Sequence record: SRR22947725_1947
Direction: 5' to 3' (one strand)
DNA length: 42,153 nucleotides
The position numbers and the translations under genes are program-made. The notes below the pieces were generated by a model. It was not told the origin of the DNA. It worked only from the letters and a program-made list of their open reading frames with translations, and did no database searches. The first letter of the stretch is position 1. Each line of letters begins with the position of its first letter. This document shows positions 26,993 to 36,844 of this stretch, in pieces.

Positions 26993-27460
26993 ATGACATT
27001 ATTGCTAGGTTCGAAAGCCCCAGACTTTACTCTAAAAACAAAAACGCCAGAAGGTCTTTCCGATGTAACTCTCAGTTCGCACCAAGGAGAATCATCGGTA
27101 GTACTACTTTTCTTTCCATTTGCCTTTACGGGCGTTTGCACGGAAGAAGCCTGCTCGGTTAGAGATGATCTAAAATCCTATGAAAATTTAAACGCTAAAG
27201 TGTATGGACTGAGCGTGGATAGTCCGTTTGCACAGGAAGCAATGGCTTTGAAAGAAAACCTTAATTTCCCGCTCCTCAGTGACTTCAATAAAGAAGTCTC
27301 AGATCATTACGGTGTATTATACGAAGATTTTATCGGTTTCAAAGGCGTAAGTAAAAGATCTGCTTTTGTGATTTCCAAGCAAGGAGAAATAGCATTTGCG
27401 TGGTCTTCTGATGACCCAAAGCAGCTCCCAGACTTTAAGGCCATTAAGGAAGCTTTATAA
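26993..27460 (+). CDS. Peroxiredoxin (AhpC/TSA, AhpE-like)
   Basis: G.KAPDFTL, FFPFAFTGVCTEE (PxxxTxxC), SVDS, FPLLSDF, R.AFVI; ATG at 26993 preferred over TTG at 26924. Confidence 0.93.
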   Translation: MTLLLGSKAPDFTLKTKTPEGLSDVTLSSHQGESSVVLLFFPFAFTGVCTEEACSVRDDLKSYENLNAKVYGLSVDSPFAQEAMALKENLNFPLLSDFNKEVSDHYGVLYEDFIGFKGVSKRSAFVISKQGEIAFAWSSDDPKQLPDFKAIKEAL

Positions 27461-27725
27461 GGCAAATCTTTACAACAAACGAAGTTATGAGACTTCTTTG
27501 CTTTTTTAAACAATCTTCCTCGGGAAATCCAACGATTCATTTTGTTTCGGTATTTGTTTGAAATGAAGGTGTACTTTTTCTCCTATTTCATTTTCGCTTC
27601 TTAGTGGCATTAAAATTCTCGAGATTAAACACTTGATCAACTATGAGTTTTTTCAATATGTCACTCGATTATTTTATGTGTGCCTTCGCTGAGGTAAACT
27701 AAATATTGTTTTACCTTATTCCTGC

Positions 27726-28226
27726 GTGAACAAAGAATCAATTTATCAAGTTTGTGCAACAAACGAAGAAGTTTTTGTTCGTATAAAAGAAAAAGCGTCG
27801 TACTTAAATTGTGCTCCACTCCGCTCCTTTCTGCATGAAATGGTGAAGGAGGGTAATAAATTTTTTGTAATCGATTTTGAAAACTGCTCTAGTATGGACA
27901 GTACATTTTTGGGAATTTTAGTTGGACTTTCACTAAAGTTAAAAAAAGAAAAACAAGGAGGAACCCTAACGCTACTTAATCTTGTAGGTAGAAACTTAGA
28001 AACTGTAGAAAATCTTGGTATTCACAAAATTGCCATAGTGAGTTCTGAGTTCATCTCAAGTCCAAATGACCTAGAGAATCTACAAGTTAAAGCGGAAGAG
28101 GAGAAAGCCTGCCCTGAGGTGATTTACAGAGCACACAAAACCTTACTTGATCTAAATCAGAAAAATTCCCGGATTTTCCGAGATGTGGTGAATTACCTTG
28201 AACAGAAAGTAGAGGATTCAGCTTAG
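27726..28226 (+). CDS. STAS-domain anti-sigma-factor antagonist (RsbV/SpoIIAA-like)
   Basis: FVIDFENCSSMDSTFLGILV with the phospho-acceptor Ser; LENLG-type C-terminal motif (VENLGI); adjacent to a PP2C phosphatase. Confidence 0.88.
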   Translation: MNKESIYQVCATNEEVFVRIKEKASYLNCAPLRSFLHEMVKEGNKFFVIDFENCSSMDSTFLGILVGLSLKLKKEKQGGTLTLLNLVGRNLETVENLGIHKIAIVSSEFISSPNDLENLQVKAEEEKACPEVIYRAHKTLLDLNQKNSRIFRDVVNYLEQKVEDSA

Positions 28227-28237
28227 TACTTCATGTT

Positions 28238-29680
28238 ATGAACTCATTGCTTTATTTTCTGGCGGGACTTATTTTGGGTTTACTCGCGTGGAATTACTCA
28301 AGAAAAAAAGCAAAGATTGAAACCACTGAACTGAGCGACCAAAAGATTCGCCTTCAACAAGAAAAAGAAATCGTAGTTGATTTCATGCATAATTTAGCAG
28401 TGGCTATCGGAGAGGGAGTCGTCCGAAAAGATCTGTATCAAAGAATTGCTCATACCGCAGTGATGACAACTGGTGCAATCAGTGCATGTGTCTACGAAAA
28501 ACTACCCAATGGAAAGTTGCAAAGTGTAGCAACTGAAGGCCTTTTCCCCCCGCAACGAAAGATTAAATCCTCCCTTACTGAAACTAGCACAACCCGTGCC
28601 CGTTTCTTGGAGAATATTCTAGCTACTGAAGTTTTGGAAGAAGGGGAGGGCATAATTGGTGAAGTGGCAAAAACAGGAAAGTCAGTCTATGTTCCGCAAG
28701 CTCTCAACGACCCAAGAGTAGTAAAGCACAATGATCCATCGCTTACTCTACGATCCCTAATTTTTTCGCCACTTGTGCATGATGATCAAATTTCAGGAGT
28801 TCTAGTTGTCGCCAACCCTGCTAATGGTTTAACCTTTAGTGAAACAGACCTATCACTTGTCAATTCTCTTGCCGAACAGGCCGCATTAGCGATTAAAAAT
28901 TCCGACGCAATGAACTTACGGGTTGAAAAAACACGAATGGACTCAGATCTTACATTGGCACGAGATGTCCAAGAATTATTCCTTGCCAAAGAATCACCTT
29001 ATTTTAAAGGACTGGAAATTGATACTCAATATATTCCTTCTGCTCAGGTAAGTGGCGATTTTTATGATTTCTATAAATTATCTGCTACTAAGTTTGCTGT
29101 ATCAGTGGCAGATGTGTCCGGAAAGGGAGTACCCGCCTCCTTGCTTATGGCTCTTTGCCAAACAAACCTTCGGCATTATGTAAAAAAATCTAAATCGCCC
29201 CGAGAAATTTTGATTAAGCTGAATCAGGACCTTGAAGAAAGAATTCGGGAAGATATGTTCATCACCCTAGTTCTTGCAATTATTGATACCCAGGCGAACA
29301 CCATTACTTTTTCTCGTGCTGGACATGAACCTGCGCTCCTAGGAAAGGTGAATGGGCAACAATTAAGTGTAGAAAAACTTCGCGGGAGTGGAATGGCTCT
29401 CGGGATGGTTCCTTCCGATCTTTTTGAAGAAGTTATTGAAGATCAAACCTGTTCATTCGAGAAGGGTGATATGCTTGTACTCTACACTGATGGAGTTACA
29501 GAATCACAAAATCAATCAAGGGAAGAATTCGGGATAGATCGCTTGTGTAAAAAACTTGAGGGAGCTCTAGAAAAAAGCCCGCATTTATTCAATTCTTCTT
29601 TGATGAATAGCCTTGAAGAATTTTCCTCCATATCATCGGACCGAGACGACATTACCCTTTTGACAGTCAAAAGGGTTTAA
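28238..29680 (+). CDS. Membrane-anchored GAF plus SpoIIE/PP2C phosphatase (RsbU-like)
   Basis: N-terminal TM; GAF (GEGIIGEVAKTG, PL, F.E.DL..LA.QAA.AI.N); PP2C motifs SGDFYD, ADVSGKG, AGH.P, LYTDGVTE, DDIT. Confidence 0.93.
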   Translation: MNSLLYFLAGLILGLLAWNYSRKKAKIETTELSDQKIRLQQEKEIVVDFMHNLAVAIGEGVVRKDLYQRIAHTAVMTTGAISACVYEKLPNGKLQSVATEGLFPPQRKIKSSLTETSTTRARFLENILATEVLEEGEGIIGEVAKTGKSVYVPQALNDPRVVKHNDPSLTLRSLIFSPLVHDDQISGVLVVANPANGLTFSETDLSLVNSLAEQAALAIKNSDAMNLRVEKTRMDSDLTLARDVQELFLAKESPYFKGLEIDTQYIPSAQVSGDFYDFYKLSATKFAVSVADVSGKGVPASLLMALCQTNLRHYVKKSKSPREILIKLNQDLEERIREDMFITLVLAIIDTQANTITFSRAGHEPALLGKVNGQQLSVEKLRGSGMALGMVPSDLFEEVIEDQTCSFEKGDMLVLYTDGVTESQNQSREEFGIDRLCKKLEGALEKSPHLFNSSLMNSLEEFSSISSDRDDITLLTVKRV

Positions 29681-29687
29681 TAATTTT

Positions 29688-30149
29688 CTAATCTATACGT
29701 CCCTCGTCATAATCAATCACATCCGCAAAAGATCGTAAATCAGGACGATTTTTAGCTCCAAGGTCAGATTTGATTTCTTCCAGTTTTTCTAATGCCATAT
29801 CAGACATTCCCATTTGCACTACTTTTCGATTCCACACATGACAGTTAAGTTCAGCCGGAAAGAGTTCTTTTAATTTAGAATTTAATTCTTCCTCTGAGTT
29901 AGAGATTCGTACGCATTCTATTATATCGCTCGGTTCAACGCCTAAGTGAAGGCATAAAAAACCATCAAAACCTTTTGTAAAATTACGCTGATAGCTTTTC
30001 GGCAGCCCCTCCTTTAAATGTTTTCTTATCTTTCCAATAAAGCGAGGAAGATGGAGCAGTCCAGATGGATGAGATTGATAGGGCGAAGGAAGGTCACGAA
30101 GTATAGCGCCTGTGGGTCCTTCGATTAATTGATCGTCGATGTTTGTCAA
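29688..30149 (-). CDS. DUF5069-like protein
   Basis: LPSPY...GLLHLPRFIGKIR, D..L..HLG, WN, D.IDYDEGR. TTG start at 30149 assumed so that it does not overlap the divergent ABC gene. Confidence 0.7.
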   Translation of the reverse strand: MTNIDDQLIEGPTGAILRDLPSPYQSHPSGLLHLPRFIGKIRKHLKEGLPKSYQRNFTKGFDGFLCLHLGVEPSDIIECVRISNSEEELNSKLKELFPAELNCHVWNRKVVQMGMSDMALEKLEEIKSDLGAKNRPDLRSFADVIDYDEGRID

Positions 30150-30189
30150 AATGAAAAAAAAGGTTTTGTCTATCTGTTCAACACCATAA

Positions 30190-31947
30190 ATGAAACAAAG
30201 CAAAAACAAAAAAGTAATTAAACGAGTTTCGGGATATATTTTTGAGCATAAATTTCTCTTTATCCTTACCCTATCATTGGCTTTTATAATTACTGTACTC
30301 TCCGTATTGGTGCCGTCCGTTATTCAAAAAGTACTTGATCAAATTTTCACACAAGGGTTCGAAGAATCAAAAATTCTGATTAATGGAATTCTTTTTATCG
30401 GAGCGCTTTTTCTATCGAAGGAAATCCTAAACTGCTTACGAATTAGGATTAATAACAAATTAGAACAAAAAGTTATTCTACGAATTAGGAAAGCTCTTCA
30501 TGACAAGCTATTGGACTTACCGATCAATTTTTACGACCGAAGGAAGAGTGGAGATATTTCCTCCAGAGTAGTTGAAGATGTGCAAAATGTTGAACGGGCT
30601 ATTTTGGATGGGACGGAGCAAGGGGTAATCGCAATTCTTACCCTGATTGGAGTTACCATTATGATGTTTTTACAAGAACCAAGGCTTGCCGCTTTGGTTT
30701 TCCTTCCACTTCCTGTACTTTTAGTCATGGCCTTTCGTTATTCAAAGGTTTCCAAAAAAAATTGGAAGGCCGTGCGCGAAGCTTCTGGAGACCTGAATTC
30801 CTTATTAGTAGAGGATATTCAAGGTAATCGATTAATTCATTCATTTGACTTAAAAAATCGGGAAAAAAAGCGCTTTCTCGAAAGTAGCAGGGAATTAGAA
30901 GCTCGATCACTCCAGGCAATGTACAGATGGTCGATACAAGGGCCGAGTGCGAGCTTTACTTCTTCTCTTGGAATCCTTGCTGTTGTGGGGATGGGGGCAT
31001 ACCTGCTACAAACGGATCCCAATTTTACAAATGGGCAATTCTTTGCTTTTCTGCTTTATACCAACATGTTTTACGAACCAGTTAGACAATTGGTATCAAT
31101 TAATAATATGATTGCTGCTGGAAAAGCTTCGGGAGAAAGAGTTTTTGAGATTCTTGATGAAGAGGTTTCAATTAAAAGCCCGAAACACCCAGCCCGCTTT
31201 CCCAAAGAAAATCATTCGATTAGGTTCTCAAATGTAACATTTGCTTATGATGAAAGGCAATCGATTGTCAAAGGTTTGGATTTCTGTTTGCCGTCCGGTT
31301 CTACGACTGCACTGGTGGGACCAACGGGAGCGGGAAAAAGTACGATCGCAAATCTTCTTCTTCGTTATTACGATGTGGAAAAGGGATCAGTTTCAATTGG
31401 AGACACTGATGTTAGGAATTTTTCCCTAAGCTCATTAAGAAGCAATATTGGCTTCGTATCACAGGACCCTTTCTTATTTGATACAACAGTGGAAGAAAAC
31501 CTCTTGCTGGCTTCGCCTTGTTCAAATGAAAAGGATATCATTTCATCACTCAAAGTTGCAAGTGCATGGGATTTTGTCCAAAAACTTCCTGATGGACTCA
31601 ATACATTAATTGGGGAAAGAGGAGTCCGGTTGAGCATGGGTGAAAAGCAAAGACTTACTCTTGCACGGGCAATATTAAAGTCACCTCCTATCGTTATTTT
31701 AGACGAAGCAACCTCAAGTGTTGATGTTGAAACTGAAAGAGATATTCAACTTGCTTTAAATCAACTCATTAAGAATAGGACTACTCTTATCATCGCTCAT
31801 AGGCTCAGCACAATTCGAGATGCAGACCAAATTATTTTTCTCAATCATGGAGAAATTATCGAACAAGGAAGCCATCCCGAATTGCTCGCAATGCAAGGAA
31901 GTTATGCTAATTTTTGTAAACACCAAGAAAGTTTGGTTCACAATTAA
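30190..31947 (+). CDS. ABC exporter half-transporter (permease plus ATPase, MsbA-like family)
   Basis: Multi-TM N-terminal domain; GPTGAGKST, Q-loop VSQDPFLF, LSMGEKQR, ILDEATS, IAHRLSTI. Confidence 0.93.
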   Translation: MKQSKNKKVIKRVSGYIFEHKFLFILTLSLAFIITVLSVLVPSVIQKVLDQIFTQGFEESKILINGILFIGALFLSKEILNCLRIRINNKLEQKVILRIRKALHDKLLDLPINFYDRRKSGDISSRVVEDVQNVERAILDGTEQGVIAILTLIGVTIMMFLQEPRLAALVFLPLPVLLVMAFRYSKVSKKNWKAVREASGDLNSLLVEDIQGNRLIHSFDLKNREKKRFLESSRELEARSLQAMYRWSIQGPSASFTSSLGILAVVGMGAYLLQTDPNFTNGQFFAFLLYTNMFYEPVRQLVSINNMIAAGKASGERVFEILDEEVSIKSPKHPARFPKENHSIRFSNVTFAYDERQSIVKGLDFCLPSGSTTALVGPTGAGKSTIANLLLRYYDVEKGSVSIGDTDVRNFSLSSLRSNIGFVSQDPFLFDTTVEENLLLASPCSNEKDIISSLKVASAWDFVQKLPDGLNTLIGERGVRLSMGEKQRLTLARAILKSPPIVILDEATSSVDVETERDIQLALNQLIKNRTTLIIAHRLSTIRDADQIIFLNHGEIIEQGSHPELLAMQGSYANFCKHQESLVHN

Positions 31948-31958
31948 TTTCAAACTTT

Positions 31959-32234
31959 CTACTTTCGTGAATAACGAATAAGGAACCTTAAAATAATTGA
32001 CGAAAGGTAAGGAAAGCACAAAAAAAGCAAACTAAGAAGAGAGCGAAAATTAAAGTAGGCAAGTGGACCATAAACTTTATTTTCTGCCCAAACTCTAAGT
32101 GGCAGTTCAATAAAATAATGTACTCCTAAAGCTTGGGATAAATAATAAACCATCAAGGGCCAAATAGTAAATCCTATACATCCAAAAAAAAGGATGCACC
32201 AAAGCTCTTTACTCCAATCAATTTTTTTATTCAT
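31959..32234 (-). CDS. Small two-TM hypothetical membrane protein
   Basis: 91-aa ORF filling the gap between ABC and cytochrome genes, with two hydrophobic segments; no family recognised. Confidence 0.65.
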   Translation of the reverse strand: MNKKIDWSKELWCILFFGCIGFTIWPLMVYYLSQALGVHYFIELPLRVWAENKVYGPLAYFNFRSLLSLLFLCFPYLSSIILRFLIRYSRK

Positions 32235-32314
32235 TTAATAATCATTCACTTGCTCCAATTTACGAAACCAATAAGTTTTATAATACTTATCAATTACTTT
32301 TTCCCAATCGAATT

Positions 32315-33739
32315 ATGAAGCTCTTTATCTATACTGCTACCGTTTTTATCTTAACTAATTCAATTTTTGTCCATGGCAAGAGTGATAAATCCGACAAAAA
32401 TGTTTACGACAGTCTCATTCTTCCGGTGTTTGCAGCTAAGTGCCAAGAATGCCATGGAGAAAACAAAAGCAAAGGCAAATTAAAGCTTCATACAAAAAAA
32501 GACTTTCTAAAGGGTGGTAGCGGGGTAGGCGCAGACATTATCGTAAAAGGGAACATTGAAGAGAGTGAACTCATTTATCGCATTACCCTGCCCAAAGAAG
32601 ACGAAGAAGCCATGCCCCCGATGGAAGATTCTGACCACTACAATCCTGTGACGCCACAGGAACTTGAAGTTATGAAGGCATGGATTAAGATAGGAGCATC
32701 TTTTGACCTACAGATTTCTGACCTAGATGATAAAACTCAAAAATCTGCCTTTCACATCTTAGCCAATATGCCGAAGAAATTGATATCCAAAAATATCATA
32801 TTGCAACCCAAGCTTCCCATCGTGCCTGCAGCGAGTCCCAAAGCACTCAACAATCTACGGAAAGCTGGAATTTTAGCTATGCCAATCGCTCAAAATACTA
32901 ATGCGATATATGTAAATGCTTCCTATGCAGGACAAAATTTTGATGATAAGAAAATTATGTTACTAGAACCAATTGCCGAACAACTTGTTTGGTTAAATCT
33001 AGCCAGGACAAAGGTTACTGATAATGGAATTGCATCCCTTACCAAATATGGACTTCTCTCTCGGTTGCATCTTGAAAATACTGTAATAACAGACAAATCC
33101 TCCATTCACTTATCCAAATTACCCAACCTAGAGTACCTGAATCTTTATGGCACTCAAATATCCGATGCGTCTCTTCCTCACCTTCAAAAACTGGGTAAAC
33201 TTAATAAACTTTTTTTATGGCAAACCAAAGTAACACCTCAGGGTGCAGAATCATTGAAAAAACATTTTGTAGACTCACCAACTTATAATGCTCTAATTGC
33301 TCAGAAAAAAGACAGGCAAGATTCTTTAAAAAAACTAATTGCAGTGGAAACCTTAAAGTTCGAAAAACGGGAAGAAGAGACCATTCAAATTGGCCTACGT
33401 ACTCAAGATAAAACCCCATTTAACAACAAATGCCCCGTATCTAAAAAAGAAATCGTAGACGAAAAATTTTCTATTTTCAAAGGGAGAAAAGTCGGGTTTT
33501 GCTGCGATAAATGCAAAGCTAAATTTGATCAAGATAATGCCATTCAGTCAAAAATTCCTGGCTTCAAAGCATCGGAAGAATACTTAACCGCCTCATCAAA
33601 TTTGCAAAATGCCCGACTATCGATGGATAAATTGATAGAAGATAATCAACAAGAACTCCGAAATATTAATGCAAAACTTTATAACATGGGACCGAAAATT
33701 AATTTAGGCTGGAAAAACCCAACTGTCTCAAAAAAATAG
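32315..33739 (+). CDS. Exported Planctomycete-type cytochrome c domain, leucine-rich repeats and YHS-like Cys domain
   Basis: Signal peptide; ILPVFAAKCQECHG..K.KG.LKL...SEL..RI.LP....MPP...WI..GA; LRRs (L..LNL..T.VTD.G); C-terminal N.KCPVS...GFCCDKC. Confidence 0.85.
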   Translation: MKLFIYTATVFILTNSIFVHGKSDKSDKNVYDSLILPVFAAKCQECHGENKSKGKLKLHTKKDFLKGGSGVGADIIVKGNIEESELIYRITLPKEDEEAMPPMEDSDHYNPVTPQELEVMKAWIKIGASFDLQISDLDDKTQKSAFHILANMPKKLISKNIILQPKLPIVPAASPKALNNLRKAGILAMPIAQNTNAIYVNASYAGQNFDDKKIMLLEPIAEQLVWLNLARTKVTDNGIASLTKYGLLSRLHLENTVITDKSSIHLSKLPNLEYLNLYGTQISDASLPHLQKLGKLNKLFLWQTKVTPQGAESLKKHFVDSPTYNALIAQKKDRQDSLKKLIAVETLKFEKREEETIQIGLRTQDKTPFNNKCPVSKKEIVDEKFSIFKGRKVGFCCDKCKAKFDQDNAIQSKIPGFKASEEYLTASSNLQNARLSMDKLIEDNQQELRNINAKLYNMGPKINLGWKNPTVSKK

Positions 33740-33843
33740 AGCTCATATTCATCGGCTTTTCTTAGAACTTAAATACTTATTTCAAGTAGATTAGATAAAT
33801 GAGTGAATTCTGTTGCTAAATTTTCCTATTTCAAAATGGTGAA

Positions 33844-34419
33844 TTGATGGAAAATAAAACCGATGATCAGGTAATATCTATCTTTAAAGAAACTAAAGCA
33901 CTTCTCACTGGCCATTTCATTTTAAGATCGGGCCAGCGTAGTGGGCATTTTTTCCAATGCGCACAAGTTTGTCAGTATTTGGACAAAGTTTCCATTTTAG
34001 CAAGTTTGCTCATAAAGCAATTAGATTGTCCAACCCCTAACACTATTGTTGCTCCTGCAATGGGCGGGCTTGTCCTTGGGCAGGAAGTTGCCAGACAACT
34101 AAACTGTCGCTTTTTGTTTTTAGAGAAAGTGGAAGATAAACTTGAACTGCGCAGAAACTTTTCTTTGTCTAAGAAAGACAATGTTTTACTGGTCGAAGAT
34201 GTTGTTACTAAAGGAGGCCGGGTTACCGAAGCTCTATCTATACTGAATGAAACAGAGTGCACTATTTGTGCCGTAACTTCACTGGTGGACCGAAGTACTC
34301 ATGAGTTAGATTTTGGTGTCTCATTCCAGCCGCTTCTCAAGCTTCATTTTCCAACTTATGACCCCAGCGAAATCCCGGATGAATTAAAACTAATTGATCC
34401 AATAAAGCCAGGCAGTTGA
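33844..34419 (+). CDS. pyrE: Orotate phosphoribosyltransferase
   Basis: ALL.GHF.L.SG..S, PAMGG, LVEDVVTKGG (PRPP loop), VDRS, ends KPGS. Confidence 0.93.
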   Translation: MMENKTDDQVISIFKETKALLTGHFILRSGQRSGHFFQCAQVCQYLDKVSILASLLIKQLDCPTPNTIVAPAMGGLVLGQEVARQLNCRFLFLEKVEDKLELRRNFSLSKKDNVLLVEDVVTKGGRVTEALSILNETECTICAVTSLVDRSTHELDFGVSFQPLLKLHFPTYDPSEIPDELKLIDPIKPGS

Positions 34420-34427
34420 ATCGTATA

Positions 34428-35843
34428 TCAGGGAACGCGATAAGCTAAAAATCGATACTTGTTACGGTACCATACATAAAAACGATTAATTCCACTCTTG
34501 ATCTGTTCTTCAACTTCTTGAATCGAATTTACCTGGAATCCATTAATTTCCACAATTACTACGCCTTCCTTAAAGGTTTCGGCATTACCAGTGGATTTTG
34601 TCACAACCACTCCCTTTGTTGTAGGTGGTATTTGAAACCGTAATCGATTTTCCACACTCAACTCTTCCAAGGAGACGCCAGGCATTGATATTCTATTTTT
34701 ACCTCCCATTAAATCGAGCGTAACAAATAATGTTTTTTTATTTCCTCCTCTGATAACATCAATAGATATCTTTGTGCCCGGTGCAGTTTGAGAGATTGCC
34801 AACCTCGATTGATTGATTGAGTCAACTGCTTGAGAGTCCACCTTTATAATTCGATCTTTTGGTTCAAAGCCAGCGAGATCTGCTGCACTTCCCGGTACTA
34901 TCTTTGTAACGACTACACCTGTACCATCACTTGAAGGTGCTAATTCAACACCAAGAAAACCTCTTCTCACTCCTCCTCTTTCAACCAAGTCGGTCAGTAC
35001 TTTTTGAACCATATTAACCGGAATCGCTAATCCAATTCCCATGCTTGCACCAGTTTGAGAAATTATTGCGGTATTTATACCGATTAAACGACCCACTGCA
35101 TCTAACAATGGTCCACCGGAGTTCCCTCTATTAATTGCTGCATCCGTTTGGATGAAATTCTCATATGAACCCTCCAAGTCAAGAACACCTAATTCTGATT
35201 TCTTTGTCGCGGAAATTATTCCCATGGTTACCGTCATACCAATTCCTAAAGGGTTTCCAGCTGCAAAAACAATATCACCCACTTCTAAATGATCACTATT
35301 TGCTAAAGTTACATGTGGGAATGGTTTATCATCTTCTATTTTCAAAACCGCAACATCTGTTGATCGATCAAAACCTATAATTTTGGCTTGGAATTGCCTT
35401 TTATCCGATAATTGAACTGTTACCTCTTCCACTAGTTCACCAGTTCTCGGGTCGGTAATAACATGAGCATTGGTAATAGTATGGCCTTCCGGGCTAACAA
35501 TGACACCCGAACCTATGCCTGCAGGGACCATTTCTTCTTCCACTCTAGCATTATTTAAAAGGGGTAAGCCAAAAAATCTCCTCAGTAATTCTTCGCGCGG
35601 ACTACTTCCTCCCCCTGGATAAAGCTTTCTAACTACTTGCTGAGTAGTTACTGCAACCACAGCTGGAGTCGCCTTCTTGAGAGCAGGAGAATAACTACTA
35701 GGTGCTCTATTTAATGAGCGGTCAAGAACACCATCTTCAATTTTTAAGGAAAGTTTGCGATTCTGAGCAAAAAGGTTCCCATTTCCAATCGCAAGCACTG
35801 TAAATAATATGAGGCCTAAAATAATTGGTTTCATGACTATCAT
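34428..35843 (-). CDS. HtrA/DegP-DegQ family periplasmic serine protease with PDZ domains
   Basis: GSGVI, TNAHV, D.AVLKI, FIQTDAAINRGNSGG, RGFLGV, PDZ domains. Confidence 0.95.
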   Translation of the reverse strand: MIVMKPIILGLILFTVLAIGNGNLFAQNRKLSLKIEDGVLDRSLNRAPSSYSPALKKATPAVVAVTTQQVVRKLYPGGGSSPREELLRRFFGLPLLNNARVEEEMVPAGIGSGVIVSPEGHTITNAHVITDPRTGELVEEVTVQLSDKRQFQAKIIGFDRSTDVAVLKIEDDKPFPHVTLANSDHLEVGDIVFAAGNPLGIGMTVTMGIISATKKSELGVLDLEGSYENFIQTDAAINRGNSGGPLLDAVGRLIGINTAIISQTGASMGIGLAIPVNMVQKVLTDLVERGGVRRGFLGVELAPSSDGTGVVVTKIVPGSAADLAGFEPKDRIIKVDSQAVDSINQSRLAISQTAPGTKISIDVIRGGNKKTLFVTLDLMGGKNRISMPGVSLEELSVENRLRFQIPPTTKGVVVTKSTGNAETFKEGVVIVEINGFQVNSIQEVEEQIKSGINRFYVWYRNKYRFLAYRVP

Positions 35844-35884
35844 AGCGTATTTACTCCACGCGGTTGTCTAATTTTATAAAATAC

Positions 35885-36835
35885 TTAAAAACCTTTTATT
35901 TGAAATAGGCTTGAAATACTACTATCTGTATTGGTTCGTCTAATTGCTTCACCAAGTAAGGGTGCAACACTTAATTTCTTAATTGGGAGATCTCCAATAT
36001 CTATATTCACGGTATTCGTTGTAATTAATTCATCTAGAATACCTTGCCTTAGCCTCTCTTTCCCAGTCTCGTTCAAAACACAGTGACTTACAATTGCACT
36101 TACTTTTTTTGCCCCTCGTTCTTTCAAAATTTTTGCTGCTGCTGTTAATGTACCCGCAGTCTCTGTCATATCATCAATCATGAGGATTTCTCTTCCCTCT
36201 ACCTCTCCTACTAAATTCATCGCTTCGACTGTGCTTGCACCAGTTCGTCGTTTTGCCACAAATCCAAGCGGACAGCCTAGCACCTCAGCATATGCATTTG
36301 CCATTTTCATTCCACCCACGTCGGGAGAAAAAATGGTCATGTTTTGAGCATCACGACTTTTTAATTCTTCAAAGAAAACAGGAGATGCATACAAATGATC
36401 TACTGGTATATCAAAAAAACCTTGAATTTGCTGTGCATGCAAATCCATTGTTAAAATTCTATTGGCACCCGCTGCTACTAAAAGGTTTGCAACTAATTTT
36501 GAGGTAATTGGAACCCGTGGTTGATCCTTTCGGTCTTGCCTTGAATAACCAAAAAATGGAAGTACTGCGGTGACTCTTGCTGCAGATGCCCTTTTAGCGG
36601 CATCTATCATAATTAATAACTCCATTACATTATGATTCGCAGGGGAACAGGTCGATTGTACTAAAAATACATCCATCCCTCTAATATTTTCATTATAACG
36701 GACAAAGCTCTCATTATCAGGAAATGAAGTTACGGTTGCATCTCCTAGAGGAACATCAAGGTATTCACATATTTCCTGAGATAGTGGCTTACTTGAATTA
36801 CCTGTAAAAATCTTTAGTTTTTTTCCGTTCTCCAT
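35885..36835 (-). CDS. prs: Ribose-phosphate pyrophosphokinase
   Basis: F.D.E, MELL, YSRQDRK, DLHA.QIQGFF, SPD.GG, DDMTETAGTL. Confidence 0.97.
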   Translation of the reverse strand: MENGKKLKIFTGNSSKPLSQEICEYLDVPLGDATVTSFPDNESFVRYNENIRGMDVFLVQSTCSPANHNVMELLIMIDAAKRASAARVTAVLPFFGYSRQDRKDQPRVPITSKLVANLLVAAGANRILTMDLHAQQIQGFFDIPVDHLYASPVFFEELKSRDAQNMTIFSPDVGGMKMANAYAEVLGCPLGFVAKRRTGASTVEAMNLVGEVEGREILMIDDMTETAGTLTAAAKILKERGAKKVSAIVSHCVLNETGKERLRQGILDELITTNTVNIDIGDLPIKKLSVAPLLGEAIRRTNTDSSISSLFQIKGF

Positions 36836-36844
36836 AGTTTAAAA

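Noticed and set aside
27508-27610. 34-aa minus-strand ORF (MPLRSENEIG...) between the peroxiredoxin and STAS genes
   Set aside because: Too short and with no recognisable motif; cannot be supported from the sequence alone.
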